Of a DNA stretch of 64,000 bases, positions 37,901 through 46,630 are shown piece by piece (the first letter of the stretch is position 1; each line of letters opens with the position of its first letter). The notes under the pieces are model-generated. The model did no database searches. It was not told the origin of the DNA and worked only from the letters and a program-made list of their open reading frames with translations. The stretch comes from Okamejei kenojei (lineage: Eukaryota), in contig CM069135.1 of NCBI GenBank assembly GCA_035221665.1, positions 42,656,001-42,720,000 on the forward strand, in the 5' to 3' direction. Both the position numbers and the translations under genes were made by a program.

Positions 37901-38460
37901 ATTTAGAAGGTACAAGATTAAATTGGGTTTTATACTTTGGAACATATTTAGTAGAAAGTAGTCCGAACAAAAGCTCGCTGGAGCCAGGTCACCTTTAGTA
38001 ATGAGGAATACCAGTTCAGTCTGAAGCAAAATCCATGTGACAGTTGAACAATTGTCCCTACATGTTTTTGTGCTTCTGCCAGTTTTGGTATCTCTTTTCT
38101 TTATTATCAAATAATGAGATTTAAAAATAACTGCATTCGTAGGCTCGCTTTCTTCTTACAAATTTTATTTCTGTAAAGTACATTTGTTGAACTGCTTCTG
38201 TCAACTCAAAGAACAGTAGGCTCAGCTGGCTTCTTTAGTAATGAATGTGTGTCGCCTAAGATGAATTAAACTCTAAATGTCTTAATTTAAATGTCTTAAT
38301 TTTCTCACTCTTGCTCTTCCTCTTGGCAGGTAGCACGTTTAAGGGTCATGTTGATGCTTTGGCACCGACTGTGCAAGAGCTGGCTGCTCTTGAAAAGGAG
38401 GCGCAGTCCTCTTTCTTACAGTTTGGCTTTCTTCCCAACCCATTGTTCAAGCGCTTTTGA
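1965..38460 (+). CDS. DDX1: DDX1 ATP-dependent DEAD-box RNA helicase with SPRY insertion; whole 26-exon gene span, 739 aa
   Basis: 26 exons join in frame to 2220 nt ([18 protein letters not shown]...LPNPLFKRF*). Motifs [35 protein letters not shown] and HRIGRVGR are all present. All splice sites are GT-AG. Confidence 0.98.
2117..2498 (-). mobile_element. Young CR1-clade LINE 3' fragment
   Basis: ORF2 C-terminus ...[17 protein letters not shown]...; (GGTTATAT)n-type tail; near-identical to 34614-35118. Confidence 0.9.
2724..2948. mobile_element. Inverted dimer of the Penelope-terminal mini-element
   Basis: Arm ~2752-2842 is the reverse complement of ~2855-2945; CTGAAGA...GAAAC core at ~2856. 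Confidence 0.8.
2960..3962 (+). mobile_element. Degraded CR1 LINE 3' portion, interrupted by a Penelope mini-element (3239-3414)
   Basis: [16 protein letters not shown] and WNELLEEVV-type motifs; the insert is flanked by 13-bp TSD TAGAAGTTGGGAT (3226-3238, 3415-3427). Confidence 0.8.
3995..5385 (-). mobile_element. Degraded CR1 LINE ORF2 fragment
   Basis: Reverse strand carries decayed RT motifs (DF.KAFDK, KFAD) and the C-terminal [14 protein letters not shown]. Confidence 0.8.
6038..6089 (+). CDS. DDX1: DDX1 exon 2
   Basis: tttag|AG...[16 protein letters not shown]...CT|gtaagt, 52 nt. Confidence 0.96.
6367..6430 (+). CDS. DDX1: DDX1 exon 3
   Basis: cattag|[22 protein letters not shown]|gtaggt (Q motif). 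Confidence 0.96.
6583..6612 (+). CDS. DDX1: DDX1 exon 4 (Walker A)
   Basis: tgcag|[10 protein letters not shown]|gtaagt, 30 nt. Confidence 0.96.
6660..8250 (-). mobile_element. Degraded CR1 LINE ORF2 fragment
   Basis: Same CR1 RT and C-terminal motifs and 3' UTR on the reverse strand. Confidence 0.8.
8530..9548 (+). mobile_element. ~1 kb GC-rich non-coding retroelement with internal VNTR and (TCAAA)n tail, inserted in a CR1 fragment (8270-8529 / 9549-9815)
   Basis: Host CR1 CATAGGTTTA|AGGTGAGA is split by the insert. 3' stem-loop TTCGAGCCTC..GAGGTTCGAA, then AATAAA and a microsatellite tail. Homologous copies at 60745-61470 (-) and 22505-22962. Confidence 0.75.
8866..9040 (+). repeat. GC-rich minisatellite (GCCCGACTCCGGGGCTCCAGCTCCG-like units, ~6-7 copies)
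   Basis: Directly visible tandem units; explains the overlapping spurious ORFs at 8609-9300. Confidence 0.9.
9875..11520 (-). mobile_element. Degraded CR1 LINE (EN, RT and C-terminal pieces with internal deletions)
   Basis: [35 protein letters not shown] and [16 protein letters not shown] motifs. Confidence 0.85.
11605..11701 (+). CDS. DDX1: DDX1 exon 5
   Basis: ttttag|[33 protein letters not shown]|gtaatg. Confidence 0.96.
11772..13394 (+). mobile_element. Tc1/mariner DNA transposon, IR/DR type, defective transposase
   Basis: ~190-225 bp TIRs starting CAGTGCCCTCCATAATGTTTGG, with internal direct repeat CCATAATGTTTGGGACA; TA at the right flank. Paired-like HTH with GRPR, then KVLWT*ETK, FILQQDN and SPDLNPIEH motifs, with a stop, frameshifts and a deletion. 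Confidence 0.93.
12922..13009 (-). mobile_element. ~90 bp Penelope-terminal mini-element inserted in the Tc1
   Basis: 12-bp TSD AGCTAAAGATGG (12910-12921, 13010-13021); one mismatch versus 27200-27290. Confidence 0.9.
13863..13910 (+). CDS. DDX1: DDX1 exon 6
   Basis: cttag|..[16 protein letters not shown]|gtaagt. Confidence 0.96.
14250..14720 (+). mobile_element. Old Penelope-like element fragment (GIY-YIG C-terminus and 3' UTR)
   Basis: AAGCTCGAGGAACAACAC (KLEEQH) followed by a decayed NI.F.NF, as in the younger element at 28790-28870. Confidence 0.55.
15149..15232 (+). CDS. DDX1: DDX1 exon 7 (SPRY)
   Basis: ttcag|..[28 protein letters not shown]|gtaagt. Confidence 0.96.
15669..15752 (+). 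CDS. DDX1: DDX1 exon 8 (SPRY)
   Basis: tgcag|..[28 protein letters not shown]|gtaagt. Confidence 0.96.
16208..16284 (+). CDS. DDX1: DDX1 exon 9 (SPRY)
   Basis: aatag|..[25 protein letters not shown]|gtatgg. Confidence 0.96.
16393..16465 (+). CDS. DDX1: DDX1 exon 10 (SPRY)
   Basis: tttag|[25 protein letters not shown]|gtaagt. Confidence 0.96.
17202..17278 (+). CDS. DDX1: DDX1 exon 11
   Basis: accag|..[25 protein letters not shown]|gtaatt. Confidence 0.96.
17362..17476 (+). CDS. DDX1: DDX1 exon 12
   Basis: cgtag|[39 protein letters not shown]|gtatgt. Confidence 0.96.
18190..18328 (+). CDS. DDX1: DDX1 exon 13 (motif Ia)
   Basis: ttcag|..[47 protein letters not shown]|gtaaca. Confidence 0.96.
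18610..18741 (+). mobile_element. Penelope mini-element with inverted 5' segment
   Basis: 15-bp TSD AATCTCCCTCTCATG (18595-18609, 18742-18756); core CTGAATAAGGGTCTCGACCTGAAACGTT. Confidence 0.85.
19110..19170 (+). CDS. DDX1: DDX1 exon 14
   Basis: tttag|[21 protein letters not shown]|gtaagt. Confidence 0.96.
19565..19663 (+). CDS. DDX1: DDX1 exon 15 (GTPGR, DEA of the DEAD box)
   Basis: tgcag|[33 protein letters not shown]|gtgagt. Confidence 0.97.
20845..20934 (+). CDS. DDX1: DDX1 exon 16
   Basis: tgtag|[30 protein letters not shown]|gtaatg. Confidence 0.96.
21146..21257 (-). mobile_element. Penelope-terminal mini-element inside an old CR1 fragment
   Basis: GCAGATGCTGG...GGAATGGGTGACGTTTCAGGTC. 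Confidence 0.75.
21658..21843 (+). CDS. DDX1: DDX1 exon 17 (SAT motif)
   Basis: cacag|[62 protein letters not shown]|gtaaaa, 186 nt. Confidence 0.96.
22436..23761. mobile_element. hAT-like non-autonomous DNA element inserted in a CR1 fragment (22010-24490)
   Basis: 12-bp TIR CAGGCATGAGAC / GTCTCATGCCTG; TSD degenerate (5 of 8 match). Contains a nested retroelement 3' piece (22505-22962) and an AT-rich minisatellite. Confidence 0.7.
23266..23645 (+). repeat. Degenerate ~65-bp AT-rich minisatellite (~6 units)
   Basis: Recurring AAGGTAYAATT...TATAAATTAA...AAACAAGCAAG...TGTTATTTT units. Confidence 0.75.
24615..24666 (+). CDS. DDX1: DDX1 exon 18
   Basis: ctcag|[18 protein letters not shown]|gtcagt. 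Confidence 0.96.
24688..25062 (-). mobile_element. Rex1/Babar LINE 3' fragment
   Basis: Reverse complement of the 3' UTR seen at 45360-45450 (GGAGCACCATGGCAAATTCCTT...CTTGGCCAATAAAC). Confidence 0.8.
25451..26152. mobile_element. hAT-like MITE (GC-rich, ~700 bp)
   Basis: TIR CAGGGACGGAA / TTCCGTGCCTG; 8-bp TSD CTCAGAAC / ATCAGAAC. Confidence 0.8.
26566..26712 (+). CDS. DDX1: DDX1 exon 19
   Basis: tctag|..[49 protein letters not shown]|gtgagt. Confidence 0.96.
26799..26890 (+). CDS. DDX1: DDX1 exon 20
   Basis: ttcag|..[30 protein letters not shown]|gtactt. Confidence 0.96.
27166..29203 (+). mobile_element. Penelope-like retroelement (Neptune-type), 5'-truncated, with an inverted terminal copy
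   Basis: RT motifs [27 protein letters not shown] and IDDCFG; Cys linker CNRKKCYTC; [36 protein letters not shown]. 27166-27575 is an inverted copy of the 3' end. 17-bp TSD CACAATACTCCAGGTGT (27149-27165, 29204-29220). Confidence 0.93.
29105..29150 (+). ncRNA. Putative minimal type I hammerhead ribozyme in the Penelope terminal repeat
   Basis: CUGAAGA (29112-18), extra A, stem II GGGU-CUCG-ACC(U/C), GAAA, CGUC; predicted cleavage after 29139. Stem I pairing is weak. Confidence 0.6.
32756..32828 (+). CDS. DDX1: DDX1 exon 21 (motif V)
   Basis: gaaag|[25 protein letters not shown]|gtaagt; acceptor is AAG. Confidence 0.93.
32905..32977 (+). CDS. DDX1: DDX1 exon 22 (motif VI)
   Basis: catag|..[25 protein letters not shown]|gtaatt. 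Confidence 0.96.
33072..33114 (+). CDS. DDX1: DDX1 exon 23
   Basis: tttag|[15 protein letters not shown]|gtaaaa. Confidence 0.96.
33655..34235 (-). mobile_element. CR1 LINE 3' fragment
   Basis: [25 protein letters not shown] and [10 protein letters not shown]. Confidence 0.85.
34614..35118 (-). mobile_element. Young CR1 LINE 3' fragment
   Basis: Open ORF2 C-terminus 34704-35141; (GTTATAT)n tail; near-identical to 2117-2498. Confidence 0.92.
35371..35466 (+). CDS. DDX1: DDX1 exon 24
   Basis: catag|[32 protein letters not shown]|gtacag. Confidence 0.96.
36420..36540 (+). CDS. DDX1: DDX1 exon 25
   Basis: aacag|[41 protein letters not shown]|gtgagc. Confidence 0.96.
36738..37399. mobile_element. 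hAT (Charlie-like) non-autonomous transposon
   Basis: Perfect TIR CAGGGGTCGGCAACCT / AGGTTGCCGACCCCTG; perfect 8-bp TSD CTTTAAAT. Confidence 0.93.
38330..38460 (+). CDS. DDX1: DDX1 exon 26 (last coding exon)
   Basis: ggcag|..[45 protein letters not shown]. Confidence 0.96.
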
Positions 38461-38660
38461 TTGCAACATGCGCCTTAATTTAGTTCAACAAAGAAACTGA
38501 CAAGTTGCTAAAGAACCTTGAAGATGTTTATTACTGCAAAATGACATCTAGAAATGGTTAACAATCACAAGCTTCTGCACATTGACCCCTGTATAAGAGC
38601 TTGACATGTTTGGTATCGATCTAATGTGGCAATGAAACATTAGATGTCAGAATTGCTATG

Positions 38661-38666
38661 AATAAA
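38661..38666 (+). terminator. Probable DDX1 polyadenylation signal
   Basis: AATAAA 200 nt after the stop, followed ~15 nt later by GT-rich TTGTGGGTTGTTTG. Confidence 0.65.
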
Positions 38667-40149
38667 CACTTCAAAAACTATTGTGGGTTGTTTGATTTAG
38701 TGAAATATTAATGAAATGTGTGATTTTAATTGTACATTTTTCTGTCAATTATGTAAAAACTGACCATGTTTTCATGCCAACTGAGCAGTTCCAAAGGATC
38801 ACCATTAAGTAGTTTATTAAACTAGTCCTTGCTCACAGTTCAGTGTTGAGCTAATAATAAGCCTGCCTTTAATTTACAAGTTTGCTTACACTAGTCTGAG
38901 GATATTAGTTAATAATCTTTTCACTCCATTTTCTTTCACTCCAGGTTTTTAAGATTAATTTATTTTGGTTTGATTTTTATATATATATAAATACTTCCAT
39001 ACAATGCAATTAGGCACAACTTTGACCAAAGTTAAATCCATAATGTGGCATAAAAGTAGTAGATGTTAGAATGCAGATGCTCCATGCTCCACCACAAAGT
39101 TGATCTAGTATAGTGCAGTGCCATAATACTTCAGGAAAACTCATTTTCATGCTGCTTTGAGTTGAAAATTGGCTACGTCCTGATTACGACAATGGATAAA
39201 ACAATCAAAATAAGTAATTGAAATTGGAATTCCTAGGCCCATTCTTTGTGAACTCCATGTGTGCTGGAAAGTTTCATTCTTTCACAAAGCTCCAACAGCC
39301 AAACTTGAAATCTGGCAAATTAGCCTCCCAGGATTTTGTCAAACTTGGACACAGAATGGTTGGTTATTAAGCTTTTTTAATTGGAAACAGTATTTCATTT
39401 CTTCTCTTTCTGCAGATGCTGTCTGACCTGCAGAACATTTCCGGCTTTTATATTTTTATATGAAATTCCCAGCATCTGCACATTTTTTGATTTTCCTAAT
39501 TTGCAATTTCAGCCTCCCCCTAGTGGCCCCAAAGGGGTGTTGCTACTTTGTTCTGAATGGTGTGCGACTAAAGCATTGCCACACTGCCCAGTAACCAAAT
39601 AGTTATGCATAGGAAGCTTGCATTAATATTTTCAGCCATTGTAGGAGTTCAATGAACATACCAGCACAGTATATACAGTACAATGGCCAAGATTATTCAT
39701 GCATATTTCATATACAGACCCGTATGGTTATTAACCAGTGGGGCAATGCTTCCATTGCACACAATTCAGTACAAAGTAGCAATATTCTCCAGGACCATGT
39801 TAGCAAAATCAAAAAAACTGCAGATGCTGTAAATTTGATATAGGAATTAAAAATGCTGGCAATATTCTGCAGGCTAGTCAGTATCTATAGAATTAAGTGG
39901 ATACAATTGCAACTTTCAAAAGACATTTGGTCAGACAAATGGATAGAGAGATATGAGTCAAATGCAGGCGAGTCGGACGAGCCCAGAATGCCAACTAGCT
40001 CAGCATGGTCATTGCGGGCTGAAGGGCCTGTTTCCCTATTGTAAAGCTCTATGATGTATGGAGTAGATTTGCCCAGGCAAACTCCAATTTAAACTGGTTC
40101 AAGGAGAGTAAATTCCACTTGATAACATCTATAAATCTGCTGGAATATT

Positions 40150-41780
40150 GAGAATAGACTGATTGCTAATAATTTGCTATGTTTTGTGAACAGGGCATAA
40201 CTGGTGCCTAGTTGGATAAATGCCATTTTTGTAACTTTATTGGAACAGCTTGGTTAAAGGTGCAAAATGGAGTGCAGATCTTCAGTATCCTAGCTAAGAT
40301 GTTGGCTGATCCCCAAGCCTTTGTATAACATGGAAGGAATGAAATTGTTGAAGACTAGCCCAATGGTGAGGATCTCGGAAGTAAGCTGAGATAGATCATT
40401 CAAAGAACTACTAGCTGACCGTGGTCGTGAATGCTTCAGCCTTTCGCAATTGTGCGCTGGGTCATGCCGGCATTGAGGATGGGGTTGTGCTTGGGACTGC
40501 CACCACCTTTTAGTTGTTTAATTGTTCATTTGTGTTGACATGTAGGATTGCATAGCTTTGGTGCTTTGATTGTGTGAGTGTTTAGCTCTATTACAGGTTG
40601 TGTTTGCTCTTTTATCACACATAGAGTCCTGAGCTACAGCATGAATCTGGTTGGCATGTCATTTTTAGAAATGTCTGCTGCAGCTTCCCTGGCTGGATTG
40701 TGGTGTTAGTGATTGCAATGATAGGCCATGAGTTTTCAGATTATGGCGGTGCCCATTTATGCAAATTCTGATGGCCTATGGCACATTATGAATGTCCACT
40801 CTGAACTCTTAAATTTTGAATTTGTCCTGTTCAGCATGACTGCTGTGTCATTTAAAGGAAGAGTGTATCCTTAGTGTTGAGGTGAAATCTGCGGACTTTC
40901 TAGCAATGCCATCGTGAACACATGGCTGCCACAGATTGGCAAGAATGAACACACACATCGGCAAGAATGAAGTCAAGGAGGTTTATTCCATTGTGATTGT
41001 TCACTGTCTGCCACAGACCTATTGGGCACTTTACCCTACTGAACTTGACCATCCAGAGAATGTTCTTCTCTGCCCTTGTAACTTTTGAATCTTCCAAGTG
41101 TTGTTCAACATGGAGCAACATTGAGTGCAGGAAAGAACTGCAGATGTTGGTTTAAATCGAAAGTAGACACAAATTGCTGGAGTAACTCAGCGGGACAGGC
41201 AGTATCTCTGGAGAGAAGGAATGGGTGACGTGTCATGCCGAAACCCTTCATCAGTCTGAAGAAGGGTTTCGGCCCGAAACCTTGCTTATTTCCTTCGCTC
41301 CATAGATGCTGCTGCACCCGCTGAGTTTCTCCAGCACTTTTGACTACCTTCGATTTTCCAGCATCTGCAGTTTCTTCTTGAACAGGAATGGGTGACGTTT
41401 CGGGTCGAGACCTTTCATCAGACTGATGGAACAACATTGATTCAGCTGAGAGAGTGCAATAGGTGGTCTTCTAGAGGAAACGTCCTTGTCCCTATTTCAT
41501 GCAGTTGGTAGATAATTCCCATGGTAACCCACTCCCCCCTGTATACCACTATGCTATTTGCTGTGTTGCGTTCAAGGGGGCAGGAAGTCGCCAGGGAATG
41601 TGATTGAGGAGTCTGGTAGATACATTGTAAGGTTATTGCTTAATCTATCTAGGACTGATCCCAATTTAGACACTACAGCCCAAACAAGGATTTTGCAAGG
41701 TCAATTAGGCTTGGTTGGACATTACTGTGTTCTGTGCTTCCATTGATGCCAAGTTGTTCATCTGTTGTATTTTCTGTTTT
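40150..41780 (-). mobile_element. Ancient, highly degraded APE-type LINE
   Basis: Reverse-strand remnant GINLLDFILA...VHDGIAR resembles the APE endonuclease C-terminal block; boundaries approximate. Confidence 0.4.
41125..41425. mobile_element. Nested pair of Penelope mini-elements
   Basis: Outer TSD ATGGA(G/A)CAACATTGA (41110-24, 41426-40); inner duplication AGGAATGGGTGACGT (41217-31, 41384-98). Confidence 0.85.
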
Positions 41781-42016
41781 GTTTTACACACAGTTAAATG
41801 GTTATTTTAGAATCGATTGTATTGTCGTATCTTGAATCACATAGTTCACCCGAATTGGAGATTTCTTCCCAGAAGGACATTAGTTAACCAGATAGGATTT
41901 TGCAATTATCCAGTGGTTATAGTTCCTACCGCTAGTTATTCCTTAAAAATCCATATTATTAAATTGAATTTAAACTCTGGTCTCTTCATTTCTCAAAATC
42001 ACTTCATAGAATAAAT

Positions 42017-42205
42017 ATAGACACAAAATGCTGGAGTCACTCAGCGGGACAGGCAGCATCTCTAGAGAGAAGGAATGAGTGACGTTTCGGGTCAAGACCC
42101 TTATTCAGACAAAGTCACAGGGAAAGGGAAACGAGATATAGACGATGATGTAGTGAGATATACAATAAATGAATTAAAAATTTGCAAAAAAGTAGCTGAT
42201 AAAGA
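42017..42205 (-). mobile_element. Penelope 3' terminal fragment
   Basis: Colinear with 27200-27390. Confidence 0.8.
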
Positions 42206-42615
42206 ACTGAAGACTACTCGCTTCATAAAATGTTTGGTAAACAGATCTGCCACAAGATGGCACTCTTGCTCCAGCATAGTCAGAGTTACATAACTTGCAT
42301 AGCTATCTGCTTTTACTCTGCATGTTTGCAGATATTTTATTTCAACTACTTAGTTTAATTACATGCATTTCAATGTTGAAAATAATTCTAACATAAAATC
42401 GCAAATTCCTTTCATCACCATCATAAATCTTAAATGCCTGCATTTTCTAAATAATGAAAATTGAATTTGGGTTAACGCTCCTATGAAACATTTATCATTA
42501 TTTTATTTATATATTGCAGCATTAATGAGTGCAAACTAAAATCTTGCACCTGACATTTCCTGTCCATCTCTATATTCTTTCATTGGTTAACTAGTGAACA
42601 ACCTATAGGAATTTG

Positions 42616-42895
42616 GGTGACATAGCTGGTAGAGCTGCTGCTTCACAGCACCAGAGACCTGGGTTTCAGTCTGACGTCGGGTGCTGTCTGCGTGGTGTTT
42701 GCACGTTCTCCCTGTAACCGAATGGGTTTCCTCCCACATCCCAAAGGCGCGCAGGTTTATAGGTTAATTGGCCTCTGTAAATTGCCCCTGGTGTGTCGGG
42801 AGCGGATGAGAAAATGGGATAATGTAAAATTAGTTTGAACAGGTGATCGATGGTCAGTGTTGATTTGTCTCCATGCTGTATCTCTAAAACTAAAA
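42616..42895 (+). mobile_element. tRNA-derived V-SINE (HE1-like)
   Basis: tRNA-like head (A/B-box remnants), V-domain GTTTGCACGTTCTCCCTGT...CTCCCACATCCCAAAG, CR1-type tail. Confidence 0.8.
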
Positions 42896-43789
42896 TGTTA
42901 TTGTATATAGAAAATCGCATGATTTCTTAAATGGGTTTTTGTTGAGGAACTACCATGCCAGATATTGCAAACTTACATCTTTTCACCAACTTAAATGTTA
43001 CTGTTTTGAATTAAACTAACCACAAATGTAATTATTTAATTACATTAAAATTAAAGTGACAATTCCCTTTGAGGAAAGATCTTGGAACAATAAGGTCTCT
43101 AGTGCATGTACCACTGCGGACTTCTATCAATTTCTGCTTCCATTCCAGCACTAAGTATTGTACAATACAAAGCAAGATCTTCCAACACTGTGCCAACTTT
43201 GAAAAGGCTATCCAATCATTTTCAGTGACCAAATCTTTCCATGTTTCTATTCAATCAATTTTTTATTTCATTTATAAAATATTCACTATTGTAGTTATTT
43301 AACTTCCTGACAGTGAAAACATTTCTCCATTTACGTATCAAAACGTAATCATATTCTTGAATCGTTTAACTATTTTCAAGTCGACAGTGAATTGTTCCAG
43401 TTTCCCTGATTTATACTCATAACTAAAATCTATTATCTCAGATTTCATTTGGTTAATTCTCTACATATCCTCAAGGCCTTCATTTGCTCTTTAAAGTCCA
43501 GAGACCATCGTGTGCATCACACACAAATTGAGGCTGTTAAGAATGACTTATGCAATCCATAGGCAATAGAAACTCCATTTCTCAGAATGGGGTTGCCTGC
43601 AACCTTTCTCAACGATTCCAAAGCGGTTCATTGTGAGAGGAGGAGGGGGTGTCATTGTTGCCTTTGGCATCTTCTAGCCCATCAAAAGAGGTCAGGACAT
43701 CACCTTATGACACTTCCAAAACCGCTCGGCCAGTGGAAGTGTCATAAGGTGAAGTGCTTTATTTAAGTCATTTTCAACTTCAACTGCAA

Positions 43790-45466
43790 AGACTGGGCCC
43801 TTCTACACCTACCCCCCTCAATCACCACTTCACACCCAATCACCCATACCCTCTGTGCTGCACAACATCACTTATCAACAATAAAAATAGAGGAGATGGA
43901 GAGGGTTTTCAGAGGACAAAAAAAGCCGTAAATCTCCAGGACCTGACAATGTTTCCCCCTCTACTCTTAAACTCTGTGCCAAACAGCTGACACCGGTATC
44001 TACAGATATTTTTAACCAGTCCCTGCAAACATGTATTGTCCCTGCCTGCTTCAAAGTCTCCACTATTGTCCCTGTACCCAAAAAGGCAAGGATTACTTAT
44101 CATAATGACTACAGGCCTGTCGCACTGACCTCTGTAGTCATGAAGACACTCAAAAGGCTTGTGCTGGCCAAGCTGAAAAATATCACAAACTCCCTGCTGG
44201 ACCTTCTGCAGTTTGCATATCGGGCCAATAGATCTGTGGATGATGCAGTCAACCTGGGCCTGCACTTCATCCTACGGCACTTAGACTGCCAGGGGACTTA
44301 TTCGAGGATCCTGTTTGTTGATTTTAGCTCTGCATTTAACACCATTGTGCCAGAGCTCCTACACTCCAAACTCTCCGAGTTGACTGTGCCTGAACACCTC
44401 TGTCAGTGGATCACCAGCTTCCTGACAGACAGGAAGCAGCATGTGAGGCTGGGAATGCACATCTCAGACCCGCAAACGCTCAGCATAGGAGCGCCGCAAG
44501 GCTGCGTATTCCCTCCTCTACTCTCACTACACCAACGACTGCACCTCCACAGCCACCTCTGTCAAGCTTCTCAAGTTTGCAGATGACACAACCCTGATTG
44601 GACTGATCCAGGATGGGGAGGAATCTGCGTACAGAAATGAAGTGTCACAGCTGGCGTCCTGATGCCGTCGCAACAACCTAGAGCTCAATTCTCTGAAGAC
44701 AGTGGAATTGATTGTAGACTTTAGGAGAGCTGCCCCTCCCCTCACCCAACTCACCATCAACAACACCACAGTCACATCTGTGGAGTCTTTTAAGTTCCTG
44801 GGAACCATCATCTCCAAGGACCTTAAGTGGGGGGCTACCATCGACTCCACAGTCAAAAAGGCACAACAGAGGATGTACTTCCTACGGCAGCTGAGGAAGC
44901 ACAATCTGCCACAGGCAATGATGGTCCAATTCTACACGGCCATCGTAGAGTCTGTTCTCACCTTCTCCATTATGGTCTGGTTTGGCTCAGCCACCAAGCA
45001 CGACACCTGGAGGCTGCAGCGAATCGTCCGATCAGCAGATAAGGTTATTGGCTGCAACCTTCCCTCCATTGATGAACTGTACACTGCAAGGGCCAGGAAG
45101 CGAGCGGGCATGATCATCTCGACCCCTCTCACCCTGGCCACAAACTCTTTGAATCACTTCTCTCTGGAAGGCGACTCCGGGTTGTCAAGGTTCCACAGCC
45201 AGACATAAAAACAGTTTTTATCCACGAGTAGTTGCTCTGCTCAACAGCCAAAAATCTGTAGCCTACCTTTGATCTGGTATTTTGTTGGTTCACAAGCTTG
45301 ATCAATGGAGTTTTATCAATAATGTTTTTTTATTATTAATGATTAATTAGTGTTTCCTGAGTAATTCGTAACAGTCACTGTATGTCATATTTCTTGTGGG
45401 AGGAGCACCAAGGCAAATTCCTTGCATGTGAATACTTGGCCAATAAACTTACTTACTTACTTACTT
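43790..45466 (+). mobile_element. Rex1/Babar LINE, 5'-truncated, lightly decayed RT
   Basis: [64 protein letters not shown]; 3' AATAAA plus (CTTA)n tail. Confidence 0.92.
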
Positions 45467-46064
45467 AAATATATAAATCAAATTCGAACATCTGGAGTAT
45501 CTTGTGTCTCCATTCAACTTAAATCTCCCTGCGGCCAGGCAGTGAAGCTGACCAAGACTTGAGGTGATTCTATACCAACTTCTGTCAGTGACGTATGCCT
45601 GATGAGACCAAATATGTCCACGCAACATCACGTGACATACTTAACTCCACCTGGAGGACCATCTGCCATTTCAGTCAATGTTGCAGTGGTGGATTGGGAT
45701 CAACGTTAGAAACTACATTACTGATCAAGATAGAGCATCTCTTCAACCCAGTAGAGTTTGTGACTTTCTTTCCAAACACTCACTGTATATTGCAGAATGA
45801 TTAAGAATGCAAATGTTTAAGGTACAGTAGTGTAAAATACCATTGTACCAACACAGATAAAAGCATTTCACAACCACACACATAGTCATGTTGGTTCACG
45901 AGAATATAAACATGCAAGTAAGAACTGGTATATTTAACTGTTAAGTATGATCATGGCTGATCACAAGCATTGACTTTTGTGTAAGAAAATATGCATGTGC
46001 TTTTACTTATCTAAATAAAAGAATCCTGGAATCTCAATTGCAATCCATAAAAATACATAACTTA

Positions 46065-46630
46065 TGGGCCTGTCCCACTTAGGCGATTTTTCAGGTGACC
46101 GCTGCCGACTGTCAAGTCGCTGGCAGTGGCCTGAAAAACCGACGACTGGAACGGCGACTGTCAGAGTGGAACACACACACACACATCGCTTCCTTCACTA
46201 ACCCGTTGTGCAGGCAGGGGACAGACACACACTGCGATGAACAGGAAGGTTGGCGCTGTAATTAAGACTGTGAAAGCACAGTGTACGGGAAGGGTCACGT
46301 AAGTCCTTTAAAAGAGGGGGGGGGGAGAAGGGGGAAGAATGGGGAGGAGTGGAGACAACGTTTACGAAGCCAGAGATACCTGGCTGTGAAACCCGGCGGA
46401 CATTAACATTATCAGTCGGTTATCCTTGGTTCTGAAAACTACTGCTTACGTTTTTTTTCCCCAATGAGCCAATGAAATTCACCGGTCAGCACCAGCTACA
46501 ACCTACGAGAACCTTCGACCTGCCAACCAACTACGACTGCACCTACCCCACGATTATTTTCGCTACTCTCCATGGCGGCTTCATTCTAGTGACCGCTATG
46601 AAAAATTTGCGGCGACCCTAATGAGGCCGC
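46065..46630. mobile_element. PIF/Harbinger-like MITE, partial (left end only)
   Basis: TTA|TGGGCCTGTCCCACTTAGGCGATTTT, same terminus as 49458-49770. Confidence 0.7.

Noticed and set aside
1965-38460. Functional link between DDX1 (RtcB tRNA-ligase complex, which joins 2',3'-cyclic phosphate and 5'-OH ends) and the intronic hammerhead motifs
   Set aside because: The mini-elements are about as dense outside the gene, so co-location is most simply chance.
42616-42690. tRNA-like sequence (also at 52820-52890 and 54130-54200)
   Set aside because: These are SINE heads followed by the V-domain and LINE tail, not tRNA genes.
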